The notes: generated by a model not told the origin, from the sequence alone. A stretch of DNA of 64,000 nt from a candidate division WOR-3 bacterium (GCA_965648905.1 CBFGIT010000008.1:32001-96000); one strand, 5' to 3'. Shown: positions 1 through 8,784, counted from the first letter of the stretch. A program made the numbers and translations.

Positions 1-285
1 CTCGACGTGCGCGTGCTCGTGCCCGGACACGGACAGGCGACGAGCGACCCCAAGGAAATCCGCCGCCGCTTCGAGCGCGACCGAACCTACCTCGACCGAC
101 TGCACGAAACGGTCGCGGCCGCAGTGGCGGCAGGCAGAAGCCCCTCCGAAACACTGCATGCCAGTGCCGGCCTGAGTCCGCTTCCTGGCAATGAGGAACC
201 GCACCGGCTGAACGTCGAGACCGCATTCCTCGAGCTGGCCGGCCGACGCGAACCAGACCACAAAGGCTGGAGCCGACTGCAATGA
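1..285 (+). CDS. MBL-fold metallo-hydrolase, C-terminal part (truncated by window edge)
   Basis: VLVPGHG motif followed by the YL..L helix typical of MBL-fold C-termini; frame open from base 1. Confidence 0.7.
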   Translation, partial: LDVRVLVPGHGQATSDPKEIRRRFERDRTYLDRLHETVAAAVAAGRSPSETLHASAGLSPLPGNEEPHRLNVETAFLELAGRREPDHKGWSRLQ

Positions 286-968
286 GAATCCTCGGCACAC
301 TGATAAACGCCGGAGCGGTGATCGTCGGCAGCCTGGTCGGACTCGTGTTCCACACCCGTCTGCCCAGACGACTGACCGAGGTTGCATTCCAGGGCATTGG
401 CCTGTTCACCTTGTTCATCGGGTTCACGATGGCTGCCAAAACCCAGCACCTGCTGGTGCTCGTTTTTTCGATTGTCCTCGGTGCCGTTGCCGGTGAACTG
501 GCGGCAATCGACCGTCACCTGAACCGGCTCGGCGACTGGCTCAAGACGAAACTCAAGTCCACCAATGCTCGTTTCACTGAAGGGATGGTTGCGGCGTTCC
601 TCTTGTTCTGTATGGGCTCGATGACCGTGCTCGGAGCAATCGAAGAAGGCCTGGGCGCCAGACCGAACCTCCTCGTTGCCAAGTCGGTGCTCGACGGCTT
701 TGCCTCAGCCGCACTGGCCGCGTCTCTGGGCGTCGGCGTGCTTTTCTCGGTCATTCCGCTGCTGGTCTACCAGGGAACTCTGACCGTCTTTGCCGGCTCG
801 CTCCGTCCGGTCCTATCCGACCCGGTTGTGAACGAAATCACTGCGGTCGGCGGACTGATTCTCGTAGGGCTCGGAATCAACATCCTCGAATTGCGGCAAC
901 TCCGAGTCCTGAACATGCTGCCCGCGCTGGTTGTCGCCGGCGTGCTGGCCGCCCTGTTTGTCCGATGA
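282..968 (+). CDS. DUF554 family membrane protein
   Basis: GTLINA..GSLVG start, FC(M)GSMTVLGAIEEG and KSVLDGF motifs; hydrophobic; ATGA overlap with upstream gene. Confidence 0.85.
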   Translation: MRILGTLINAGAVIVGSLVGLVFHTRLPRRLTEVAFQGIGLFTLFIGFTMAAKTQHLLVLVFSIVLGAVAGELAAIDRHLNRLGDWLKTKLKSTNARFTEGMVAAFLLFCMGSMTVLGAIEEGLGARPNLLVAKSVLDGFASAALAASLGVGVLFSVIPLLVYQGTLTVFAGSLRPVLSDPVVNEITAVGGLILVGLGINILELRQLRVLNMLPALVVAGVLAALFVR

Positions 969-986
969 AGCTCTAGTCGAGAAGCA

Positions 987-1010
987 TCGCCCCTCCTTGC
1001 GGAGGGGCGA
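987..1010. terminator. Hairpin between convergent genes
   Basis: TCGCCCCTCC-TTGC-GGAGGGGCGA perfect 10-bp stem. Confidence 0.7.
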
Positions 1011-1031
1011 CTCCATTCCGAAAGCGCGCGG

Positions 1032-1658
1032 CTAGTCTACTGCCTGTACGCTCCTCGGCTGCAGGGAGAAATCTATCCCGGTCACCGGCTGGCCGTTCTC
1101 GATGACAACCGGTTCAGGATACGTCGCGCACGAGTACCCTGACTTCATTGCCTTCACTGTGTACGAACCATCGGCCAGACCGGCAATCGTGTAGGTGCCG
1201 TCATCTCCAGTCATGGCATAGCGGCCGCAACTGCCGGCCGTTACCTTGGCCCCGGCAATTGGCTCACCGGTCGCCGCGTCAGTAACCCGGCCGGAAATTG
1301 AGCCGCTGCCACCTCCACCGCCCATCGGTCTGAGCGCGATGTCGATTCCGGTCACGGCCTGACCTTCCTCAACCCGCACCGGCGTGGGGTAAGTCTTGGC
1401 GTAGTAGGCGCCGCACTTCATCGCCTTGACCGAATAGCTGCCCGGGGCAAGACTACTGATGGTGTAGGTTCCGTCGCCTGCGGTAGTTGCGGAGCGACCG
1501 CAGCCACCGACCGTAACCTTGGCGCCGGCGATTGGTGCGCCGGTCACGGAATCGGTAATCGTCCCTGATATCGACCCGGTTCCAAGGTCGCCCTTGGGAA
1601 CCGAGACCGCAGCAAACAATAGCGTCGCACACGCGACCAGGACTGCGAACGTCTTCAT
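1032..1658 (-). CDS. Secreted protein with two tandem carboxypeptidase-regulatory-like domains
   Basis: Signal peptide; two repeats GSISG.(I/V)TD..TG.PIAGAKVT...DGTYTI..L..GSY.VKAMK joined by a Gly linker. Confidence 0.8.
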   Translation of the reverse strand: MKTFAVLVACATLLFAAVSVPKGDLGTGSISGTITDSVTGAPIAGAKVTVGGCGRSATTAGDGTYTISSLAPGSYSVKAMKCGAYYAKTYPTPVRVEEGQAVTGIDIALRPMGGGGGSGSISGRVTDAATGEPIAGAKVTAGSCGRYAMTGDDGTYTIAGLADGSYTVKAMKSGYSCATYPEPVVIENGQPVTGIDFSLQPRSVQAVD

Positions 1659-1690
1659 CGATGCTCCTGTTAGTTTGTGGACCGTGGATT

Positions 1691-1753
1691 ATCATAGCCG
1701 GTGCAGACCACAAGTCAAGCCAGGCTTGCACGCGGCTTCTCTCTGTCTATTAT
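1691..1753. promoter_or_regulatory. Back-to-back sigma70-type promoters
   Basis: Minus: TTGACT-16-TATGAT (1718-1691); plus: TTGCAC-16-TATTAT (1726-1753), 5 nt before GTG 1759. Confidence 0.6.
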
Positions 1754-1758
1754 CAGTC

Positions 1759-2505
1759 GTGTTCAGACTTCTGCTCCTTATCCTGCCCGGCTTGGTTCTC
1801 GGTCAGTTCGTCGAACTCGGCCCCGGCGGCACGCTCCTGATGAACGTGCCCTACTGCGGCGGCTGAGGCGACGGTGAGCGGTACCAGGTTCTGGTACTTG
1901 CCTCCGAGATGCCCGGGCCCTGCACCATCGATTCGGTCCAGCTCCTTTGCGGCAGCGATGAGTATGACCACGGCATCTTCTACAACTCGCTCATCCTCGC
2001 CTGCCACACATCGGTCGGCGAACTGGAGAGCACCTTTGACCGTAACTACACAGGCAACGTCCCAGAAACCGTTATGTCCGCTAACCCGCTCGTGCTGCAA
2101 TGGGTCAACAACCAGTGGCACGGGCTCGCATTCAACCGCCCGTTCAGCTACAACGGCATCGACAATCTGATTCTCGAATACCGCTGGCAGGGTGATGACG
2201 GCAACTCGGTCTACGACCGTGGGTTCTACACGGTCGGCAACCGAGCCTGTGACGCCCGGTCATCAACCGCCCCGCGCGGCACCCCTCGCAACTACATGCC
2301 ACGCCACCGCATCTTCTACTCGCTCACCGCGGTCGAAGAACCCGCCGCTCTCCGGTCAAGCCGACCGTCGCCTTCGGTCTGTGCCGGCACCGACCACGGC
2401 CTGCTCTACGACGCTCTCGGCCGACCGGTCGCGCAGACCCCAACCGGCGTCTATTTCCGGGTCCAACCTCGGGGCCGCTCGGCCCGTCTGCTTATCATCC
2501 GGTAG
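1759..2505 (+). CDS. Putative secreted selenoprotein (CxxU, Sec36) with T9SS-like C-terminal tail
   Basis: ORFs 1519-1866 and 1909-2505 share a frame separated only by TGA 1864-1866; signal peptide MFRLLLLILPGLVLG; PYCGG-U-GDGERYQVLVLASE; C-term YDALGR..GVYF; hairpin after UGA. Confidence 0.75.
1867..1902 (+). promoter_or_regulatory. Putative bacterial SECIS element
   Basis: GTACCAG-GTT-CTGGTAC 7-bp stem (1881-1897), loop GUU 22-24 nt after UGA, plus GGTGA/TTGCC lower stem. Confidence 0.65.
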
Positions 2506-2518
2506 CGGGCTTTTTCGT

Positions 2519-2546
2519 TAGACATTGGACATCACATCGCTATAAT
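2519..2546 (+). promoter_or_regulatory. sigma70-type promoter of flx operon
   Basis: TAGACA-16-TATAAT. Confidence 0.6.
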
Positions 2547-2563
2547 GACCTCTTACCCTACCA

Positions 2564-3010
2564 ATGAGTATCGACGACCCGCCGAACGCAGGCTTTGAAC
2601 CAAAGATCGTCGCGTTCCTGTGCAACTGGTGCTCCTATGCCGGTGCTGACCTGGCCGGCATCTCCCGCATCCAGTACCCGCCGTCAATCCGCGTCATTCG
2701 CGTCCCCTGCTCAGGCCGGGTTGACCCGTTCTACATCCTGAAGGCGCTCCAGAACGGTGCTGACGGCGTGCTCGTCTCCGGCTGCCACCCGGGCGACTGC
2801 CACTACCTTACCGGCAACTACGTTGCCCGGCGCCGGTTCGCAGTGCTCAACGACCTCCTGGAGTTTGCCGGCATCGACCCGGGCCGGGTCAGCTTCTCCT
2901 GGGTTTCGGCTGCGGAAGGCGAGCGCTTTGCCGAAGTCGTGCGCGAAGTCACGGAGAAAGTCCGGCAACTCGGGCCGAACCGCAAACTGGTCAAGGAGTC
3001 GGTTGGATGA
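2564..3010 (+). CDS. mvhD: MvhD/FlxD-like [2Fe-2S] subunit
   Basis: FLCNWCSYAGADLAG, RVPCSGRV, GCHPGDCHY, WVSAAEG motifs. Confidence 0.9.
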   Translation: MSIDDPPNAGFEPKIVAFLCNWCSYAGADLAGISRIQYPPSIRVIRVPCSGRVDPFYILKALQNGADGVLVSGCHPGDCHYLTGNYVARRRFAVLNDLLEFAGIDPGRVSFSWVSAAEGERFAEVVREVTEKVRQLGPNRKLVKESVG

Positions 3011-3852
3011 ACCGCCAGGACCAGCTCCGCCAGCGTGCCCGGGAGCTGCTCGAAGGCAAAGAGGTAGTTCTGGTGCTCGGCTACCGGTCAGGCCGACGAC
3101 CCGGAACTGCCACGCCCGCGTTCATCACCCGTCCTGAGGATGCCGACAAACTGGTCTTCGACGACCGCTGCGGCATGAACCTGGCCGCGTACCTGCCGCG
3201 CGTCAAGAGCCGAGGCAGGATTGCCATCGTTGCCAAAGGCTGCGACTCGCGTTCCATTGTCACGCTGCTTAAAGAGAAACAGGTCACGCGCGACCAGCTC
3301 TTCATCCTTGGAGTCGCCTGCGAGGGCGTCAAGGAGCAGGGCCGGCTCAGCGACTCTTGTACCACCTGCGAATACCCCAACCCGGTAGTCTTCGACGAGA
3401 TGATAGGAGACACATCTCGAGGACGCGATTCCGCATCGTGTCCCCGGGCCCAAAACGACTTCGAGAAGCTCTCCGCGGATGAACGCTGGCAGGTATTGAT
3501 GGACGACGTCTCCCGCTGCATCCGCTGCTATGCCTGCCGCCAGGTCTGTCCCAACTGCTACTGTCCGACCTGCTTTGTCGACGCGAACAACCCGCAGTGG
3601 GTCGGCAAGACCACGTCCGGTCCAGACAACATGATGTTCCATCTCATGCGGGCCATGCACATGGCCGGTCGCTGTGTCGAGTGCGGCACGTGCAGCCGGG
3701 CCTGCCCGATGAGTATTGACCTGATGAGGTTCAACCGCAAGGTAGCGCAGATAGTCAAAGACCGGTTCGGTGCGGTCGCGGGTCTGAACCCGGACGAACC
3801 GCCCGCCCTCGCCGCGTTTGACCCGAACGACCGGCAGGAGTTCATCAAGTGA
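3007..3852 (+). CDS. FlxC-like 4Fe-4S protein
   Basis: KGCDSRSI; CIRCYACRQVCPNCYC; HMAGRCVECGTCSRACP. Confidence 0.8.
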   Translation: MNRQDQLRQRARELLEGKEVVLVLGYRSGRRPGTATPAFITRPEDADKLVFDDRCGMNLAAYLPRVKSRGRIAIVAKGCDSRSIVTLLKEKQVTRDQLFILGVACEGVKEQGRLSDSCTTCEYPNPVVFDEMIGDTSRGRDSASCPRAQNDFEKLSADERWQVLMDDVSRCIRCYACRQVCPNCYCPTCFVDANNPQWVGKTTSGPDNMMFHLMRAMHMAGRCVECGTCSRACPMSIDLMRFNRKVAQIVKDRFGAVAGLNPDEPPALAAFDPNDRQEFIK

Positions 3853-4925
3853 AACCCGGCATCATCACGGCCCAAGAACTGGCTCGGCTCGTGGCCGAGT
3901 GGGCCAAGACCAGCGCGGTCTTTGCCCCGGTCAGGGTGAAGAACTGGACCGAGTTCCGGCGCATATCTTCGCTCGGCGAGGCCGACCTTACGCGCGTGAA
4001 CACCAAGCTGTCTGCCCGCACTCTGCTCTTTCCTCAGTGCGAGACGATGTTCCGGTTCAGGACTGACCGGCCGGCAGACCCAGAAGAACCGGCCCTGCCT
4101 GAGAAACAGGTCATCCTCGGTATTCGTCCGTGTGATGCTGCCGGCATCGCACTGCTCGACAAGTTCTTCTGTGGTCAGGGCGAAACCGACACCTACTACC
4201 AGCGCCGCCGCGCCAAGACGGTGCTTGTCGGCCTTGCCTGCAATGCTCCGGCCGACACCTGCTTCTGCTTGGCAGTTGGTGGTTCACCGGCAGGCTTGCG
4301 CGGGCTCGACCTGCTGCTCACCGACTTGGGCGACAGGTACCTGGCTGAACCAGTTACCGACGCCGGCGCTGCCCTTCTGATACCAATCGGAGAGACTCTC
4401 AGGCCGGCAACCGATGCTGATACGGCGAAGAAGCAGGAACTGGCCGAGCAGGCCGGCGCTGCGATTACCGGGCGCATCGACACCCCAAGACTCAAGGCCC
4501 TGCTCGACAACTCAGACCAGAGCCCGGTATGGGAGGAACTCAGCCTCGCCTGCGTCAACTGCGGAGCCTGCACCTTTGTCTGCCCGACCTGCCATTGCTT
4601 CGACGTCACGGACGAGACCGGCAAAGGCCAGGGCGCGCGCATCAGGGTCTGGGACACCTGTCAGGCCTGCCTTTACTCCCAGCACGCCTCAGGCCACAAC
4701 CCGCGTGCCACTCCTGCGGCCCGATTCCGCAACCGGACCATGGACAAGTTCAAGTACACGGTCGAAATATACGGCGAAGTCTCCTGCGTCGGCTGCGGCC
4801 GCTGCATCATCGAGTGTCCAGCCGGGATTGACGTTAGAGAAACGGTGCAGACGTTGACCGCAGCACTGCAGGCAGAACCGGAGCCGGACGCAGTGCAGAA
4901 GGCAAAGTGCAAAACAGGCAACTGA
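3849..4925 (+). CDS. FlxB/AsrA-like 4Fe-4S protein
   Basis: GIRPCDA; CVNCGACTFVCPTCHCF; CVGCGRCIIECP. Confidence 0.8.
   Translation: MKPGIITAQELARLVAEWAKTSAVFAPVRVKNWTEFRRISSLGEADLTRVNTKLSARTLLFPQCETMFRFRTDRPADPEEPALPEKQVILGIRPCDAAGIALLDKFFCGQGETDTYYQRRRAKTVLVGLACNAPADTCFCLAVGGSPAGLRGLDLLLTDLGDRYLAEPVTDAGAALLIPIGETLRPATDADTAKKQELAEQAGAAITGRIDTPRLKALLDNSDQSPVWEELSLACVNCGACTFVCPTCHCFDVTDETGKGQGARIRVWDTCQACLYSQHASGHNPRATPAARFRNRTMDKFKYTVEIYGEVSCVGCGRCIIECPAGIDVRETVQTLTAALQAEPEPDAVQKAKCKTGN
4890..4921 (+). repeat. Left heptamer-periodic arm of four-helix-bundle cassette 1
   Basis: 4903-4921 is the reverse complement of 5299-5317 at 17/19. Confidence 0.65.
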
Positions 4926-5275
4926 CATTGAGGGACCTGAAGGAACGGCTATTGGACTTCGCCACTGTGTGCTTGAAACTGCACGGCAAGCTGGGTCGCA
5001 CTGTGCCCGGCCGGTACATTGGCGGTCAGATGATGCGCTCGAGTTCTTCTGCCGGAGCCAACTACTACGAGGCCTGTGGTGCGGAAAGCCGGGCGGACTT
5101 TGCCCACAAACTCCAGATCGTACTCAAAGAACTGCGCGAGACTGAGTACTGGCTGAAGCTCGCCGGTCGAGGCGGCCTACTCTCGCCGGATGACGTCAAA
5201 CTAGCCGCAACCGAAGCGGACGAACTGGCTCGCATCATCGCTAAATCTGTCCTTACTACCAAGTCGAGAACGTGA
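4907..5275 (+). CDS. Four helix bundle protein (23S rRNA IVP/bAvd-like fold)
   Basis: QMMRSSSSAGANYYEA..AESRADFAHKLQIVLKELRETEYWL motif. Confidence 0.85.
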   Translation: MQNRQLTLRDLKERLLDFATVCLKLHGKLGRTVPGRYIGGQMMRSSSSAGANYYEACGAESRADFAHKLQIVLKELRETEYWLKLAGRGGLLSPDDVKLAATEADELARIIAKSVLTTKSRT

Positions 5276-5290
5276 TGAGCCTGCGTCCCG

Positions 5291-5330
5291 GTTTTGCCTT
5301 GCCCGTTCTGCACTTTGACTTGACCATTGC
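5291..5330 (+). repeat. Right heptamer-periodic arm of four-helix-bundle cassette 1
   Basis: TTGCCCGTTCTGCACTTTG..CATTGC complementary to the left arm. Confidence 0.65.
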
Positions 5331-5336
5331 ATCCTC

Positions 5337-6173
5337 ATGAATCCCTATCTCCCGACACCTGTCAAGGTCGCCCGCGTCACCGTTGAGAACGACGCCCGCG
5401 ACCTCAAGACCTTCGACCTCTCGTTTGTCGAACCCGAGGCCCGCAAGTCATTCAACTTCATTCCGGGCCAGTTCGCTTTCCTCTCCATCCTCGGCGTGGG
5501 CGAAGCGCCGTTCGGCATCGCCTCTGCCCCTTCCGAAGAACTAATCAAGTACACGGTCAAGCGGGTCGGTACCTTCACGACTGCGCTGCACGAGCTGGAA
5601 CCGGGCGCGGTCGTCGGCATGCGCGGGCCCTGGGGCAACTCCTACCCATTTGACCTGATGCAGGGCAAAGACGTCGTCATCGTCTCCGGCGGCTTCTCGT
5701 TCACCACCCTGCGCTCGACCATCGTCTATCTGCTCGACCCGGCCCGCCGGTCCCAGTTCGGCAGGATAACTGCGGTCTACGGTGCCCGCTCGAGCGGCGA
5801 GCTGCTCTACAAAGACGAAATCAAAGCCTGGGAATCAAGCCCCGACCTTGACCTGCACCTCTGCGTTGACCGGCTCGGCGGTGCGGCCTGGCCTAAGACC
5901 GAAGGCTTAGTCCCCAACGTGCTCAAACAGGTTGCGCCCTCAGCCGCAAACGCGGTCGCACTGGTCTGCGGTCCGCCGGTCATGATTCGCTTCACCCACC
6001 CGGTCCTGGAGCAGCTCGGATTCAGGCCGGAACATGTTTTTCTATCACTGGAGAACCGGATGAAATGCGGCATCGGCAAATGCGGCCACTGCAACATCGG
6101 GCCCAAGTACGTCTGTAAAGACGGCCCGGTCTTCTCCTACGCCCAGCTCAAGACCCTCCCGGCCGAGTACTAA
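5337..6173 (+). CDS. FlxA/AsrB-like FAD/NAD-binding oxidoreductase
   Basis: PGQF, RGPWGN, CGPPVMI, LENRMKCGIGKCGHC, VCKDGPVF. Confidence 0.85.
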   Translation: MNPYLPTPVKVARVTVENDARDLKTFDLSFVEPEARKSFNFIPGQFAFLSILGVGEAPFGIASAPSEELIKYTVKRVGTFTTALHELEPGAVVGMRGPWGNSYPFDLMQGKDVVIVSGGFSFTTLRSTIVYLLDPARRSQFGRITAVYGARSSGELLYKDEIKAWESSPDLDLHLCVDRLGGAAWPKTEGLVPNVLKQVAPSAANAVALVCGPPVMIRFTHPVLEQLGFRPEHVFLSLENRMKCGIGKCGHCNIGPKYVCKDGPVFSYAQLKTLPAEY

Positions 6174-6287
6174 CCGCCAAGTCGCCAGCGCCGGGCCTTC
6201 GGTTACCCGGTAACCACGACCTGAGATACGCTCTGCGCTTGACGCACCTCGACCATTCGTGGCGGGACGTCGCTCCGGCAACTTCGG

Positions 6288-7316
6288 TCATGCCTTCTCG
6301 TCCTGGTCCGGCGGAATCATGACCTTGTACCTCTCCCACGCCGCCAGCGCCGCTTCGCCTGCCTTGATTGCCTGCTCGGACCGCCTCTTCCAAGTCGCGA
6401 CGTAGTCGGCAATCATTCGCCGTTTGCTTTCCAGGTCCAACTCGGGAAGAGCGGCAATCGCCCCGATGATGCGCGCGGCATCGCTCAGCCGCTTGAACAT
6501 GAAGCCTTCTGCCACCAGCGGCTCCAGCGTCTCGTGCGCCGCCCGCTGCGCCTGTGACTCGACAAAGGCCTTCATCTTCGCACCGTGGTCGAGCTTCGCC
6601 CGCCGCTCGTCCCACGCCTTCTCTTTGACGGTCGTCTCACCCAGACAGACAAGCGTCGCAGACCCGGCATACACCTCGCCCTGGTTCAGCTCGAGCTCAG
6701 TGAGGACATCGCTTATCACTTCTCCCAGAGCCTCCACCATCGCCGGGTCAAGGCCCTTGCTCCTGCAGACCGCGATGCCCCGCGCCACCCGGTCTTCCAG
6801 ACGCCGCCGCTTGCGACCGGGCCAGCGCCAGTGCGCCCGGCAGATTCCTCGTGCCGTCTTCACCAGCCACTTGCGCTGGGCCGGCTTCAGGGTTTGGCCG
6901 TAGCTGTCGACCAATTGCTCCAGAGCCTCATCCAATGGCCGGCTCTCAATGACGGCGTTCTTGAACGCTTCGAGCCGGCGCTGTCGGACTTCCGGCTGCT
7001 CGGTCCTTGTCTGTGGCTCCGGCTGGGCCACCGGCTTCGTCTCCGGCTCAGGCGTCCTTGCCGTGAGCGGCCCAAGCAGGTCGAGCAGGTCGGCAAAGCC
7101 TGCCCCGCATCCGCGCAGGTAGTCCACGACCAGGCCGAACGATGGATAGGGAACCTTGCCGCGCTCCAACTGGCTGGCCAGGACTGCCGCGCCTTTGCCG
7201 GCCCTGCCTGCCCGCGCCATCAACTTAGCCTGGGTCAGACCCGCCCGCAGCCGCAGCGAACGCAGCCGGGCACCCAATTCAGGTGTGAATCTGGCCGTAT
7301 CAGCACAACGTTTCAT
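6288..7316 (-). CDS. XRE-family helix-turn-helix protein with helical C-terminal region
   Basis: LGARLRSLRLRAGLTQAKL...SQLERG..PSF N-terminal HTH; purine-rich RBS upstream. Confidence 0.7.
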   Translation of the reverse strand: MKRCADTARFTPELGARLRSLRLRAGLTQAKLMARAGRAGKGAAVLASQLERGKVPYPSFGLVVDYLRGCGAGFADLLDLLGPLTARTPEPETKPVAQPEPQTRTEQPEVRQRRLEAFKNAVIESRPLDEALEQLVDSYGQTLKPAQRKWLVKTARGICRAHWRWPGRKRRRLEDRVARGIAVCRSKGLDPAMVEALGEVISDVLTELELNQGEVYAGSATLVCLGETTVKEKAWDERRAKLDHGAKMKAFVESQAQRAAHETLEPLVAEGFMFKRLSDAARIIGAIAALPELDLESKRRMIADYVATWKRRSEQAIKAGEAALAAWERYKVMIPPDQDEKA

Positions 7317-7337
7317 GGCTGTCCGCCTTTCCCCTCC

Positions 7338-7366
7338 ATTATATTGAAAGACTAAGCGACCTGCAA
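7338..7366 (-). promoter_or_regulatory. Promoter of HTH gene
   Basis: TTGCAG-17-TATAAT. Confidence 0.55.
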
Positions 7367-7430
7367 TCCGGTCAAGTGAGACAACGCCAGCCGATTAAAC
7401 GACTTAGCCGCCAGCAGCCGTCGTTCTCAA

Positions 7431-7672
7431 CCCCCCAGGGGGAACGGTCTGGGGAGCGGTAAGGGAGACGGCGGCCCGAGCCGCTTTCCCGGCCCAGAAC
7501 CCGGCGGTTTCGCCCGCGTCTCCCCTTGCGGCTTTCCCTGTGGCTCGGCCTGTTGCTCAGGCAGTCGCAGAGATTTCGGCAGACCGGGCCGCAGCGACAG
7601 CGGCAGGCCGAGCAGAACCCGGAGTCGCAATCAGGGCGGCTCGGCTCATCGCTCGCCACGCGGCTCACCGTG
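7431..7672. repeat. Degenerate 12-bp-periodic array 1
   Basis: CGGC/CGGT/TCGC-like cores at 7445, 7457, 7469 ... 7661 (every 12 nt). Confidence 0.65.
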
Positions 7673-7715
7673 CCGACCTCCTCGCGGCCCGGCGCGCCGC
7701 AAGGGCAGCAGCCGC

Positions 7716-8681
7716 CTAAATCGCTTCGATAGTCGACGGCGGCTTGGCCGTGATATTATAGGTCACGCTCACCACACCCGGCACTTCGGTCGTGATGCGT
7801 GAGGCGAGCCTCTCCAGCTTCTCGAACGGCAGACGAGTCACGGTCGCGGTGACTGCGTCCGTGCTCTCCCAGCACCGGACCTCAATCTGGTGTCCGAAGT
7901 CCCGCTTGCCTGCCCTCATGCCGGTCACCCTGTCGTTGTGCAGGATGGCAAGAAACTGGAACGCGCCCGAGCCCTTAAGTTCCTGCTCGACAATCAGGGT
8001 CGCCTTGCGCACGACCGCAACGCGCTCGGGCGTCACCTCGCCGATGACGCGCGCGGCCAGAGCCGGGCCTGGGAACGGCGGCCGGGCAAAGATTTCTTCG
8101 GGCAGGCCGAGTTCCTTGCCCACGCGGCGAATCCCGGTCTTGCGCAGTTGCAGCACCGGCTCAAGTACTCGGTACCCGAACGCGGCCTGGGTGTCGATGC
8201 CGAGTTGTTCGAGAATGTTGTGCTGCCGCTTCACGCCCGCGACCGTCTCCTCAACGTCGGTCCAGTTCGTGCCCTGCAACAAGTACTTGGCCCCGCTCTC
8301 CTTCACGAGGCGACCGAACACCTTCTTGTAGAAAGTCTGAGTAATCGCCTCGCGCTTCTCCTCCGGGTCGGTCAGCCCTTCAAGCGCGGCGAAGAACTCG
8401 TCCTCGGCGTGGACCAGTTCGACCGCAACGCCCAGCTTCCTGAACACCTCGACGATGTACTCCGGCTCGCCCTCACGCATGATGCCGTTGGCGATGAAGA
8501 AGGTCTTCAGCCGCTCGCCCAGCGCGCGGTGGCCGATCATCGTCACGACCGACGAATCCACGCCACCGGACAAGGCGTTCACGGCCCGGCCGCTTCCCAC
8601 GGTCCTCTTCAGGCTCTCGACCTGCTCGGCGACAAACTGCTTCGGATTCAGCTCTTCAAGCGGTATCTCTTTGACGTTCAC
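7716..8681 (-). CDS. GMP synthase ATP-pyrophosphatase subunit (GuaA C-terminal module, no GATase domain)
   Basis: ALSGGVDSSV PP-loop, TDPEEKR, PFPGPALAARVIGEVT, YNITAKPPSTIE. Confidence 0.8.
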   Translation of the reverse strand: MNVKEIPLEELNPKQFVAEQVESLKRTVGSGRAVNALSGGVDSSVVTMIGHRALGERLKTFFIANGIMREGEPEYIVEVFRKLGVAVELVHAEDEFFAALEGLTDPEEKREAITQTFYKKVFGRLVKESGAKYLLQGTNWTDVEETVAGVKRQHNILEQLGIDTQAAFGYRVLEPVLQLRKTGIRRVGKELGLPEEIFARPPFPGPALAARVIGEVTPERVAVVRKATLIVEQELKGSGAFQFLAILHNDRVTGMRAGKRDFGHQIEVRCWESTDAVTATVTRLPFEKLERLASRITTEVPGVVSVTYNITAKPPSTIEAI

Positions 8682-8784
8682 TCTGTCTCCGTTTCGGGTT
8701 TGTTGTGCACTTGCACTAGGCTAGCCACGACCGGCGTGAGGTCAAGCATAAGAAGTAGGTGACTGTCCCTAGTTTCGTGGCGAG

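Noticed and set aside
1909..2505. Stand-alone 198-aa gene starting at ATG 1909
   Set aside because: No SD or signal peptide; the upstream in-frame segment supplies promoter, signal peptide and CxxU
2564..3010. MvhD as a selenoprotein
   Set aside because: All ligand positions are Cys codons; no in-frame TGA
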